64,000 nucleotides of DNA, from NCBI GenBank assembly GCA_013265495.1, contig MU058384.1, positions 2,703,010 through 2,767,009 on the forward strand. The letters are read 5' to 3'. Shown here piece after piece: positions 39,280 through 52,688 of the stretch. The notes below the pieces were generated by a model. It was not told the origin of the DNA. It saw only the letters and a program-made list of their open reading frames with translations, and made no database searches. Position 1 is the first letter of the stretch. Each line of letters begins with the position of its first letter. Both the position numbers and the translations under genes were made by a program. The stretch is from Vicugna vicugna. Taxonomy: Eukaryota.

Positions 39280-39604
39280 TGTTAGCACCAGACAAGGTTA
39301 CTCTGTAATTGTGATAGAACAGGACAAAAACAAGACCACTCCATAATCAGATTTGAACATAGAGAAAACCAAAACACCATGCAACATTTCCTGACAAAAT
39401 GTAACTCAGAGCAAAAACTCACTTCCTTGAATCTCCTTCAATATCACCCAATAGAAGCCTAAATCTTATTACTAAGTTTCCCAACACACTCTCACAGAGA
39501 CACCCCTATAGTGTGCAGTCTCCCTTGCGGCAGTGAGTTAATAAATCTAATTTTGTTTGACTATAGGTGTGTTCCTGGTGGTCTTTGGGCACTGGACTTT
39601 AACA
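39280..39604 (+). mobile_element. MER110/MER90-like LTR
   Basis: tgttagcaccagacaagg...gacaaaaacaagaccactccataatc...aataaatctaattttgtttgactataggtgtgttcctggtggtcttt...aaca; TG..CA ends. Confidence 0.7.
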
Positions 39605-40919
39605 ACTTCATAGAAGCCAAGAGAGTAGAGAGTTTCATGGAGGGAGATATCAAAGTATCTAGTGCAACAGGGGCCAATGATATCCATTGAATTTGGCAAA
39701 CAGCTTACTGGTGGCCTTTGTGAGAGCAGTTTCAGTAGGATATTGGGGGTGGATGCGGTGATGTGCTTTTACCAGCTTGAGATGGATGATTATGTCTGTT
39801 CTTCCTAACTCTGTTCACTGACATTAAATCAGTAACTGGAAATCTGCCATGGGGGAGAATCTATACCAGAAATTGGCTAATGCTATAAATCAAGGATTTG
39901 TTTTTCTTCAGAAAGTTGGTTGCTAAACTTTGGCCATCACATCACTAGGTAGAAGAGAGAGAACATAGCTGAGGAAGGAAAACGGGGAAGGAGAGTAGAG
40001 ATAATTAAAAGTACGCATAAGCCAAGGAGAAGAGATTGGACAAGGATTAGAGGGGAAACAGAGGGTCGGCAAGAGTTAGAACTCAGAGTCCCTGATTTTC
40101 TGTTCAGTGCTTCTTGTACTATCGCTTCTTCTGTCGCACTGCTGTGCATCTGGTTTACTAGTGAGAGCCCAGGAACTTACCCAGGGGTCATTTCACTACA
40201 GCTTGGGAGAGAACGGGCAGTGGGCTGGAGGCTTGTGAGGGCAAGGGGAGGAGAGAAAGAAGGAAACTGCTGGAGGAACATCTCCCAAACTCTCACAGTG
40301 GTTACTGTAAACATCACACTCTCTGGTGTCAAACGGCCTAGCGTGGAGGGTGGCTTTGCCACTTGGGGAATGTGCAGTCTCGAGCAAGCTGATTAACTCC
40401 TTTGTGCCCCAGTCGTCTCACCTAAACAGAGATAATAGCAGTAAACACCTCATCGGGGGCATGTGAAACACGGGCATATAGCAAACTCCCAACAAACGCA
40501 AGGTAGCTGGTACTCTTATTATTACCATTACTTTTTCTGGGTAGGGATAAGCCAACTAAAATTTTTAATTTTAAAATTTTATATTTATTTATTTTTGTTT
40601 GTAATATTAATTCCTTTTATAACCATAAAGTCCCCAAATTTATAAAAATAACTTGTTTTTTTCGGGTACAATTTACATTGTTGAGCGTTTTGCCATCCCT
40701 ACCTTATCCAGTAGGGGGAACAATTTAACTGTCTACTAGCCATTGTAATCTACCGTTTCAGGAATACGGCTAGGAGGAATGATTGCGTTGTCTAAGATAA
40801 TGATTTACCGTGAATATTCATACACAGAATTTGCTCCTTATAAACATGAAAAGTCCCATTTCCAGTCTTATTAAAGTGGAAAATCTCTGCGAATATCATC
40901 ATCGTCACCATCATCAACA

Positions 40920-41125
40920 CTTTCGTTGTAGTTTACTACGTGCAGGCAGTATCCTGAGTATTTTGCATATATTAGCTCTCTTACAACTCAGCAATACTCA
41001 TTCCAACGCTCTGGGGTGAGCGCTATTCATTTTATAGACGAGAAAACTGAGGCACAAAGACATCAAGTGGCCCAATGTCACACAGCTAGTGTGAGAAAGG
41101 ATCTGTACCTGAGCTCTCTGGTTCC
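40920..41125 (-). mobile_element. MIR SINE
   Basis: cattttatagacgagaaaactgaggcacaaaga...cacacagctagt core; a second MIR in the opposite orientation lies at ~40330-40530. Confidence 0.75.
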
Positions 41126-41790
41126 ACCGTCTGTGAATCATGGGAGAGGTATGTTATTGTTCGAAACCAATCAGGATCACTTTGGATCTCTTCCAGAAAT
41201 TCTGAAGAGCTACTTTCCTGCCTTCCACTTCAGCATTATTGAGCTCTTTCCCTCAAATCTACTGAAACAAGGGAAAGAAGTTATATCTAGTCCGAAGTTA
41301 TTCAGAGATACTGATACCAAAGAAACTCTCAATCTGTCTAAAGCCACTTTGCCTGTGATTAGCACTTTGATTTGTAAGAATATGATTTTTCTTCACAAAT
41401 ATATTCTACAATGAATTCAACAGTATTTTCATTACTTCTGAAAACTCTGAGAGCATTTTCTTTACATAATCTACACTGTATGCTGTTAACTCTGGGCAGA
41501 ATACCCCCTGAGCTACTCTTTGAAGGTGAAAAGATTTGCCTTTAATGAAAATGTGTGAACTTGGTTTATGTAAAATGAAGGAGGGAGGAATTATTTCATG
41601 TGGTTTCAGACAGTAACTTTCTCAGGAATTTTCTTTTATTTGTCCTCAGAAATTGCCAGGGAACTGCACAACCCAAAATAGTATTCTGTTTCTGTTGAGA
41701 ATACCAAACTGAAATACAGGAGACAGTTTTAAACATTGCTAAGTATTTTCCACTTCTTTCACGTTAAATTAATGGAAAAAGTGAGGGATT

Positions 41791-42645
41791 CACATTAGAG
41801 AGACGCAAATCAAAACCATCGTGTGGTTTTTCCTCACACATGTCAGAATGGCTATCACCGAAAAGACCACAAATAACAAATGCTGGCAAGCATGTGGAGA
41901 AAAGGTAACTCTCCTATACTATTGGTGGGAATGTAAATTGGTGTAGCCACTATGGAAAACAGTATGCGGTTTCCTTAAAAAAACTAAAAATAGAACTACC
42001 ATATGATCCAGCAATTCCACTCCTGGGTACATATCTGGAAAAAATGAAGACACTAATTTGAAAAGATACATGCACCTCAATGTTCGTAGTAGCATTATTT
42101 ATAATAGCCAAGGTATGGATGCAACGTAAGTGTCCATCAACAGATGAATGGATAAAGAAAATATGGTACGTGTGTGTGTGTATATATACATATACATATA
42201 TATACACACATATATACACACACACATATATATTGGAATATTAAAGCAGAATGAAATTTTGCCATTTGTAACAACATGGATGAACTTGGGGAGTATTACG
42301 CTTAGTAAAATAAGTCCAAGAAAGACAAATACTGTATATAATAACTTATTTATGTGGAATCTAAAAAAAAATGAATGAATATAACAAAAAGTGACTCTCA
42401 GATCTAGAGAACTAGTGGTTATCAGTGGGAAGAGGGAAGGAGGGCAAGATAGGGTAGGGAATTAAGAGGCACAAACTTTGATGTATAAAATAAATAAGCT
42501 ACAAGGATATATTGCACAGCACAGGGACTATAGCCAGTATTTCATAATAACTTTAAATGGAGTTTAATCTGTAAGAATATTGAATCACTATGTTATACTC
42601 CTGAAACTAATATAAATACTGTAAATCAATAATACTTCAATAAAA
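41791..42645 (+). mobile_element. 5'-truncated LINE-1 (ORF2 end plus 3' UTR)
   Basis: atagaactaccatatgatccagcaattccactcctgggtac ... aatacttcaataaaaa. Confidence 0.9.
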
Positions 42646-42889
42646 AAGGATGTGATTCAGAACAAATCTTTGGAGGTACAAGGTAAGATATGATACCCTC
42701 ATTGGATGTTCTTCATGATTCGCCCAAGGCTGTAGTGGTGCGGACACTGAGAAATTGTTTCTCCTCAGTGCCACTTCCCGCTGGCACTCCACCCTCCCTG
42801 CCACACCTGAGGAGTCACGACGGTGACACAAGCAGGGCCAGGACGCTGGCGGTGGGATTTTAGGAGCTTGTTGCATGCTGATATATGAC

Positions 42890-43040
42890 TCCTTCCTTCC
42901 TTCCTTCCTTCCTTCCTTCCTTCCTTCCTTCCTTCCTTCCTTCCTTTCTTCCTTCCATCCTTCCTCTCTCTGTCTCTCGTTCTCTCTTTTTCTGTCTCTC
43001 TCTTTCTCTCTTTTTCTGTCTCTCTCTTTCTCTCCTTTCA
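42890..43040. repeat. (TTCC)13 microsatellite plus TC-rich polypyrimidine tract
   Basis: Perfect ttcc x13 at 42893-42944, followed by near-pure pyrimidines. Confidence 0.95.
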
Positions 43041-43379
43041 GGAGAAACCTCAAAATAGTAAATGAAAAATAGTAGATGAAGTGGATTCTAAATAGGTAGA
43101 GATTTGTTAAAGGGAGTGAACTGTCACAGACAGGAAGTGAATTTATCTGGAGAAGCCGGATGAAGCGCTTTCAAGACCGAAATAAGCATTTGTCAAATTC
43201 AGTGTGTTCACGCAGAGTATGTTTATCGCGCTCCCCTTAGGACTCAGACACGGTGCTAGGCACCAGGGATACACAGAGAAATAAAACATAACCTCTTGGT
43301 CAAAGAGCTGGCAATCCAGCGGGGAAGGCGGGGATGTAAACAGTTAAGAGTTTGAAGCAGCCATGGTACAAGGTACAGA

Positions 43380-44300
<921 letters not shown>

Positions 44301-47300
44301 AAGGTGATTCAACAAAAATCTCTAGCGTTTAGGTTCATAATCCGACCCGAACAAAATAAAAGCAGTACAATTAAAAATAAAAAAGTAAAATGAAAAAATT
44401 AAGCTTTGAGCGGCCAAAACCAGGCTCGACGCTGGAAGAAAATGGCCCTTAGTTCAAACTATGTTTTGTAGGGTCTGTCAGGCGTAAAAGATGATCTGAG
44501 CTTATTGAAAGGGGTTTGATGAGCAAATATAATCAACGAAGTATATTTTGTTGGAGACCTACTGAAATTTCTTCCCATTCCGCCGCCGCCTCCTCTGGTT
44601 CTTATGATTAAAATACAAGTATTTAAAAAGCGTACCTTCCCCAGTGTTGGTGTATTCTTCGTTTAACTCGAGCCAAGGGAAAGCAGTTCTTCCATTAAAA
44701 AAGCCTTTTCAGTCAGAGTTTTAGCAGTGATGATTTCAGTAGATACTGCGGTGTTTAATGCTTCAGGCTAGTTCTCGTTAGGGAGTGTCTTTTTGGCCTA
44801 AGCCTGGCATTGCTGTTTAGAAAACTTTATTTTGAATTGATTTGAAACCTAAAAAGCAGACACATCTACACCAGCGAAATGTAGCAGAGTTGATAAATGT
44901 GCTATATTACAGTTGGAGTGTTTTACTTTTCCAGCATGAAGGCCGCCTCAGTCCTCCTCACTTGTTAATACACAGTACTGGAGAGGAGCTGCTCTGGTCT
45001 GGTGCCACCCCCTGCTCACAGATAAGCGGGAAGGACAGCTGGGGTCTATTGTGATTCGCGGTGTGTGTGCGGTCCGGGAGAGAAGGGTTTAAATATGAGC
45101 ATAATCATAAGCTTAAAGCCAAATACTGCTGAATGGGGCCTTACCAATCCAGTTTAATAGTTTTAAACAAAGAGGGAAGGCTACGCTATTTGTTATTTAT
45201 TTTTCATTTTCATCTAGGATCTTTGACTTGCCCCCACCCGCAAAGTGGCTCCCAACCAAACTCTTGTTTATCACTGGGGCGCTGTATCAGGGGCTTGGTG
45301 CTTTGTTTTACCTACTGTGAAATTACTGGAAAGTTCCCACAAGGAATTTTCCTTCCAAAAGAGGCATGGCCCTCATTAGCAGGTAATAAAATGTAGAGAC
45401 TATATGGAATCCCTACTTTCCTTAAGGCCTGTGTTTTTCCTTCCATAGGAAGCAAGCAGCACGCCTGTGTTACCCCATGTCGGCTAGAGTTTTGAAAGGA
45501 ATTAAGTTCTTTGAAATAATGTCTGTTATCTTCTAGTTAACATGCATTTGAGTTCAGCATCTCATAGGGGATCTAATAGGCCTAGATCTAATAGGTGTGT
45601 TTTTAAACAGATTTTGATAATCATATCTCACTGCAAGGACTAAGGCAGATCCAAAATCGCTGGGCAACCCTCCGCACGTGGATTAAGCAGGCCGGGGCCG
45701 CGGTGGGGAGAGGGGTGTGGGCGGGACCGGGCCGGCACTATTGCTGGGACGTGATCGGGCCTGCAAGGCTCTGGCTGTGACCACAGCCCTCTTTCGAAAC
45801 ACACACAATGCAGTTTTTCTTTTCTTTAACTTGCAGGATGAACTCACCTTCCTAGGGTGGGGCTCTTCCAACCTCAGGCCAAATCCAGTACTTTGTGTAG
45901 AGGAGTGAGTAGGTTTTGTTTCTCAGTTTAATACTTTAATTAGACAGGAGTCTAAAGCACTCACTTCTTTTAAATTGTAAAGAAACCGTGGATTCAGTGT
46001 ATAGTTTATGTTTCCATTTGATAGAGATATTGGTCTTCGTAAAAGGTCAGTTTTCGAAGTGAGTCTTGAGGAATCTAGTACTACCTTTGTGATGGAGCCT
46101 GAAAGATCTTCGTAAATGGGTGGTGGCCTTTGCATTCCGATTTAATTATTCCTGCGACCTTTGCAAAGATAATTAAGTGCCAAGAATCTGTTAGACGTGG
46201 CTTTTGCTCAAGCTCTGGAATCAAATCATGAATCTAGCATCCACTGTCATTAGGTGACCATGAGAAAAAGAAAATAGTTATGAATTCAGCAGGAGAGGCC
46301 CATCTCTGGCTATTAAGTAAAAGATGAGTTGGGGTAGTTATTATACTTCCGCTCCCCCCACTGCCTTGGACTGTTGGCTGGTTTTGTCTCACAGGTGTAG
46401 GACTTGTGTAGTCCCATGCCGTAGGGCCTTTTCTAGGCGTCTCTAACACTTGAGATTTTCAGATAGCTTCAGTCAGCCTTGCTGAAAACCATACATATTC
46501 ACATGAGGTCACACTTGATCTAAAATGTAGCACGCAGTTTACCCATCCTCCCACGTATGTACAAACACAACAAGGAGTGAGGTTGATGGCTCTAATTAAT
46601 AATTAAAATATCTCAATATAGAGAATTAAGTGTGGACTTCCACTGTTCAAAAACTTCTTGCTATGTACTAGAAAATAAATCTTGTGATTTACCACTGTAA
46701 CTACTAAGAAAGTATCCCTTTTCATTACAATGTGCTTCACTCTGTCTTTTACTAGCTGATATTTATAATATGTTCATTTTGGTAGTAAAGATGTAAGTGG
46801 GTTAATCCTGGTGAGTATCAGCAATATATTCAATAAATAGTTCCTTAGAACTATGTAAAAAGCAGAATGTTATATTTGTCACTGTCATTAACAATTTTTA
46901 AAAGAATTTCAGATTACCATATCACCTCATTTTTCCTCATCAATGAACCACATTATACACTGAATACTTTCTTTTATAAAATAGTGACAACTAAATACAA
47001 ATACCTGTTTGAATTCTTAAAAAATCATGGCTTCTGTTCCTCAAAACAGGAAAAGAAAATCTAGATTTAAACATTGAAGTGATCATTCAAATGTCATGCA
47101 TAAGTGAAATGCAGAATTAAATTTGAATCCATGTTCACACATATGATTTTTGCACTGCTGTCAGCTTCTTTTCCAGTTTTGAGAGAGAGTATATCAGGTG
47201 GATATTTTCAGCGTCAGCGATAGAGATTTCAAGTCCTAAAGTAAGCTCTGACTCATCAGGATGGAGACTAATGAAGATAAGGTTATGGATAAGTTACTGG

Positions 47301-48454
47301 GATAATTGAGATGAATTTATGCTCCAGGAATGACAGTGGGCAACCAGTGTGGCAGCGCTGGAGAGAGAGCCTTTGCCTTGGATCTGAACTCCAGAAGTGC
47401 AGAGCCTCATTTTTACCAAAGATACCACAGTATGCATGGGCTGTCTTTCACAGGAAATCAGCCTTGGATAAGTCAACGAATCAGATTATTATCTGAAATA
47501 TTTTTAGATCTAGCCCTGTGGTGCATAAAAATATACAGCAAATGCGAAAAATAAATACGAAGTTAGTAGGTTCACATTAGGCTAAATTCAGCCTTCTAGG
47601 ATTTCATTTTGAGATTGTTTTCGTGGCTTTTTAGGGGGGCAGGGTGAAGTATTCAAATGTGCCTATTTTATGAAATTAGGCATTAGAAGATAGATTCATC
47701 TTTGTGGGCATGTATTCACATTCTTATATAGCAAAACAAAAAGTTGGCCACTCAATTGATTTTTTTATAACTAAAAAAAATGTATATTGATTTATAAAAG
47801 CTGAAAGGCTGAGCACTGGTAATCTTGCCCCGTTTACTCCACATTTGCTGCACTTAGCAGCAACCACTCAAAAGCCTCAATTCCTTTTTAGTGACCGAAC
47901 TTGTCTGCTCCCTGTAACAGGCAGACTCCCGGGCTGCTAGAATTAGGGGGGATTAGGGTGCAGCTACTCAAGCTTTCTCCAGAGCCCCCATCAGCATCAC
48001 CCCCGACTGATCTGAACTCCTTCTCTTTGTTCAGCAGTTTAACTCCCTTCTCTCCACAGTGCTATTTGTGTGTAGCTCTCTCACACCAGCAGAGCTGAAA
48101 TGTGCTTCTCTGTAAATTCTACTTTCCAGCCCTTCTTCCAGAGGACAGACTTTCAAACATTTGAGGGTAGATCCCATTTGAGAGTATCTTGTCTGAATTC
48201 ACATAAGACCATAAAGGGGTCAAGTATCATAGTTCCATAAGAACCAGTGGGAAGGAGTTCTCATCTGGCTCAGTGTCAGAGGAAAATGTGGAGCATGCAA
48301 AGAATCTCACACCTACTGTGGAATCTCTCCCCTGTGACCCCGCCATCATTCCTTCTTCAAACCATTCCTTTCCCACCTTCCAAAACTTCTGCAGAATCGC
48401 TTCTTTCTACATTCATTTTTTTTTTGGAGGCTTGTGATGAGTGGTCATCTAGGT

Positions 48455-48590
48455 TTTTGCTACTCAAAGTGTCGCAGACCCGCAGCACCAGCGTTACTTG
48501 GGAGGTTATTGGACACTCAGTGTCAGGCCCCACCTTCTGAACTGGAATCTATATTTTAACAATGCACTTCTAAGTTACAGAAGCCCTGGC
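48455..48590. mobile_element. MER5-like hAT-Charlie MITE
   Basis: gctactcaaagtgtcgcagacccgcagcaccagcgttacttgggag...ggaatctatattttaacaa. Confidence 0.65.
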
Positions 48591-49614
48591 CTTAATAATG
48601 CAGATTTCTTCCTCATTGAATATGCAGCAACCTCTTTGAATGTGTCATCCACCCCTGCTTGTGTTTATTTGTAGGCGGTGTCTTTTTTATTTTTTCGATT
48701 GTGGGCTCATCCAGTTTTCAGTTCTGCTTGTGTATGACATAAAAAACCCTATAGAAACAATAGAAAGAAATCTGACAAAATCTCCGATTCAGTAGGTGGG
48801 GCTTTTGGTATTGTTAATAGATGAATAGGTGATGATTTCCATGTTGTTGATTTAATGCTGAGTCTTTGCAAGAGGTAGCAAAATTTGATAAGCCATTCTT
48901 CATCTAAATGGATCTTGAATGAATCTTCTTTATAAGTAGGTTTATAATGTTGCTGATTTCTTTGAAACATGAACTTATTCGAGCAATACTTAGAAAATAA
49001 ACTTAGGACAGAAAAAATTATAGATTAAAAACATCAAATTTCTTCTCTTAAGGAAACAAAATAAACAAAAAACATTCCTACATGGAAACTGTTTACCTGG
49101 ACTACAGAATGCTTCTATTGTTTCAATTCAAAGGAAGATAATTGACAGAATCTTCCCTGACTCTCCTGCGCGCCCATGCTCACGTGCACATACACACACA
49201 CACACGCGCGCGCGCGCACACACACACACAAATTCTGCTTATTTGAATTTAATGATTGCACTTAATTGAATTTAATGATTGGCAGTAGCCATAAAAAGAT
49301 CCATAGAAATGAGACTAATTGACAGTGGATCACATACGGAAAGTTCAATGCTCCTTTTTGGCAATGCTACATCTGTTTTTATAAGATTAATCATCTATCT
49401 TAGTTATTCTCAAATTTTAGTTTGCATGTAAGAAATATCAGTAAAATGCAGATTAGGAAAGGCAATAACATTAAGTGTAAAAATTTTAATGAAGGGCAGA
49501 CTTGTCTTTGGAATAGATGAAGGTGGACAGTCTGTCTTCAAGAAACTGAGGACCATCTGTGGAATCATGAAAGAAGTAGATCTAGGATAAGTGTTCAAAG
49601 TTGATATTCTTCCA

Positions 49615-50098
49615 TGGAAACAACCTAAATGTCCATCAACAGATGACTGGATAAGGAAGTTTTGGTATGTTTATATGATAGAATACTATTCAGCCATAAA
49701 AAAGAGTAATGCCATTGGCAGCAACATGAATGGACCTGGAGATCATCATTCTAAGTGAAGTAAGCTAGAAAGAGAAAGAAAAATAACATATGATATCACT
49801 CATATGTGGAAGATAAAAAAAAAGACACAAATGAACTTATGTACAAAACAGAAACAGACTCACAGACATAGTAAACAAACTTACAGTTACTGAGGGGAAA
49901 GGGGGTTGGAAGGGATAAATTGGGAGTTCAACATTTGCAGATACTAACTACTACATATAAAATAGATAAACAAGTTTGTACTGCATAGCACAAGGAACTA
50001 TATTCAATATCTTGCAGTAACCTATAACGGAAAAGAATATGAAAAGGAATACATGTATGTATATGAATGCCTGAAACATTACACTGTCCACCAGAAAC
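49615..50098 (+). mobile_element. LINE-1 3' UTR fragment in PERP intron 1
   Basis: catggaaacaacctaaatgtccatcaacagatgactggataa ... acactgtccaccagaaact. Confidence 0.88.
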
Positions 50099-50974
50099 TG
50101 AGTTGCTGACATGAAATGTCAAGTTGCCTTACTTGTTATCCATCAGTCAGGACCTTCAGAGCCATGTCAGGATTTCTATCTTAAATGATTGTTAAATGAT
50201 TCAACGTGGGTGTTTCCACGCTACAAGGAGCAGGTTTTACATGCTTCACTTCCAAAACAGCCTTTCTCCAGACAAAACGTTGCTTAATTTTCCATTTTGA
50301 TTTCTTTTAGACTCAGCGTTATAAATAAGCAAGACGTTAATCGAGCCGATTTAACATAGCATAGGTAAAGTTCTTAAAATGATCTGTTTATATTCACTTG
50401 TTGGTTTTAGGTTAGATGAATTGGCTTACTATTTTATTTAATTTCTTTCAAGTACCTGAAACTAAGTGAAAATTACACCTCAGCTGTAACCTCAGAGGAA
50501 GAGATAATGGCAGTAATCTAATTTTGCATTGATCTTCTTTAAATAAACAGGCAAAATGATTGATATGACTCTTTATAGCAATATCATACACAGTTTATTT
50601 AACTGTCCCTTTAAAACCTTAATCTGCAATTGTCAACGTTTGATTATTAAATATGTTCCCTGTTGGATGTTTTTCCTGTTTTTATTGAAAACACATTCTG
50701 CTGTACAATTTATCTTCATTAACTTTGCATTCCTCTGCATGCTCATACAGCTGTGTTGCCTTTTCTTTGTGCAGTTTCAAACCTGTGAACTCAGTTTAAA
50801 AAGAAAAATCAGTGTCTGCTTATTTGAATTGAATTATTATATTTACTTGAATTTAATGATTGGCGTTTGCCATAAAAATCTGTATGTAAGTGACAGCGGG
50901 TCACATACTGAAAGTTACATGCCCCTTTTCGGCAGTGCAGCATCTATTTTTATAAGGAGATTATCATCTATCTT

Positions 50975-51142
50975 AATTGTTTTCTAACTTTATAAATGTA
51001 AGAAATACTAGTAAAATGCAGATTCTTGGGCATTACCTTTCCAGCTCTGAGTCCATATGTCTGGAGGGAGGCACAGGAATCTGTATTTTTATAAGCACAC
51101 TGATGATTATTGAGTCAATGGTCTATGGACTAGACTTTGAGA
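50975..51142. mobile_element. MER5A-like MITE
   Basis: ttttctaacttt...aaaatgcagattcttggg...caggaatctgtattttt...ggactagactttgag. Confidence 0.6.
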
Positions 51143-51274
51143 TGGTCTGATTAATTAATGTTCTTTCCAAAGCATGGTCTCTCTTCCCTGGAAAGTTACT
51201 TTACTTGAAGGGAGGAGACAAATGTGAGAAAAGAGACTTAATTTCACATTTTGGCTTTACCTATATCTATTTTA

Positions 51275-51416
51275 TTTTTTTTTATAAATCTTTTTTTTGT
51301 GGGGGGGTAATTAGGTTTTAATTAATTAATTAATTTTAATGGAGGTATTGGGGATTGAACCCAGGACCTCGTACATGTTAAGCACACACTCTACCACTGA
51401 GCTATACCCTCCCCCC
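51275..51416 (-). mobile_element. tRNA-derived SINE (camelid type, long-tailed variant)
   Basis: tggaggtattggggattgaacccaggacctcg...ctctaccactgagctataccctcccc plus a ggggtaattaggttttaattaatt extension; TSD atatctatttta at 51263-51274 and 51421-51432. Confidence 0.92.
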
Positions 51417-52269
51417 ATCCATATCTATTTTAAAATAAAATGTTCTATTTTACCTTGGTCCTAAAATCTCTTATTGATCTCATAGGAAGAGCAAGACTTG
51501 GAGGAAAGTAATAAAAATTATAAATATAAAACTAGACCCACTTGTGTACCATCTCACACACAAGTCAGTGCAAGTTGAAGAAAGCACATCCTGACCAGTG
51601 CCACTGAGGGATAATTTGTGTGAAAACGTGGTATTTGAGCATGTAAAAAAAATTTTGAGCCTATGTCTTCTCCTTAATTACCTACTATTCCCCAGTCATT
51701 CATGACTCCGGAGGAAGATTTGGAGGGAGCGTGGGGCTGGAGAAGGGAACAGGGGACCTTAGCGCAGGTCTGTCTCTAAGAATTGAAGATATAAACATGC
51801 AGTGGAGAACTGAGGACCAGTCTTCACGTGACAGCATAAAACCTTGTGAACGTCGAATGAAATGAAAACTTAAGGTACTGGAGAAAGCTGTAGGAGTCCA
51901 TGAGGAAATTGTTGAACAGTGAGGGTGAATTAAGAGCTCCATGACTTTTCGCACAAGAACTCTCATCCTCACAATCATCTTAAAATAAGGCATCTTAGCC
52001 TTGGTTGATAGACGTGCAGACTGACAATGGCTAACAGGTGGCAGAGGCAGAGGATAATGAGGTCCACTTGGCCCCAAAGCCCTTGTCCTTTCTGCTAGTG
52101 ATTATCTTTGCTTGACGTTGACCAGTCTGATGAGCGAGAATTTAGTGAGGTTCCATTTGTCAGCAGAGCTGTGTTAGAGTAGGAAGGAGTAGAACCGGGG
52201 CAGAGGAGCACACGACTCTCCTTTTCAAATGCAGTAAAGAGAAATAGGTTAATGGTGCCTGTTCCGCCA

Positions 52270-52688
52270 TTGATGAATGAATGGATAAACATAACGTGGG
52301 CTAGCCATCCAATAGAATAATTACTGGTTATAAAGAGGACTGCAATACAGAGACATGCTGCTACCACGGGGTGAACCCGGAACACGTTATGCTAAGTGAA
52401 AGCATGACAGTCACAAAAGCCACCTAGTATAAAGTTCCCTTTATATGAAATGTCCAGAATTAGGCAAATTTCTCGAGACAAAGTAGATTAGTGGATGTGG
52501 GAAGCTGAAGGAAGGAGGGGGTGACTGCTAGCGGACGTGGGGTTTCCTTATGGAGTGATGAAAATGTTGGAACTGTAAGCAGTGACGGTTGCACAACACT
52601 GTGAATATAGTAAAACCTCCTGAATTGTGTACACTTTAAACCGATGAATTTTATGGTATATATTATATCTTAAAAAAAAAAATAAAAG
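52270..52688 (+). mobile_element. L1MB-like 3' end
   Basis: ttatgctaagtgaaag...tttatatgaaatgtccagaattaggcaaat...gaattgtgtacactttaaa plus poly(A). Confidence 0.8.

Larger units (their letters stand above)
37950..39740 (-). mobile_element. Degraded L2 interrupted by a (CA)n repeat and an LTR
   Basis: L2 3' end catccatttatacat..., tccattgaatttggcaa...gagagcagtttcagtagg. Confidence 0.55.

Noticed and set aside
42637..43072. 138-aa Lys/Glu/Arg-rich ORF and its antisense LPSF-repeat ORF
   Set aside because: Translations of the (TTCC)n/TC microsatellite.
47700..47910. Candidate p53/p63 response element in PERP intron 1 (perfect half-site GAACTTGTCT at 47897-47906; near half-sites GGGCATGTAT ~47706 and AATCTTGCCC 47821)
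   Set aside because: No adjacent second half-site was found by eye, and single decamers are common by chance. A matrix scan plus ChIP data is needed before calling it.
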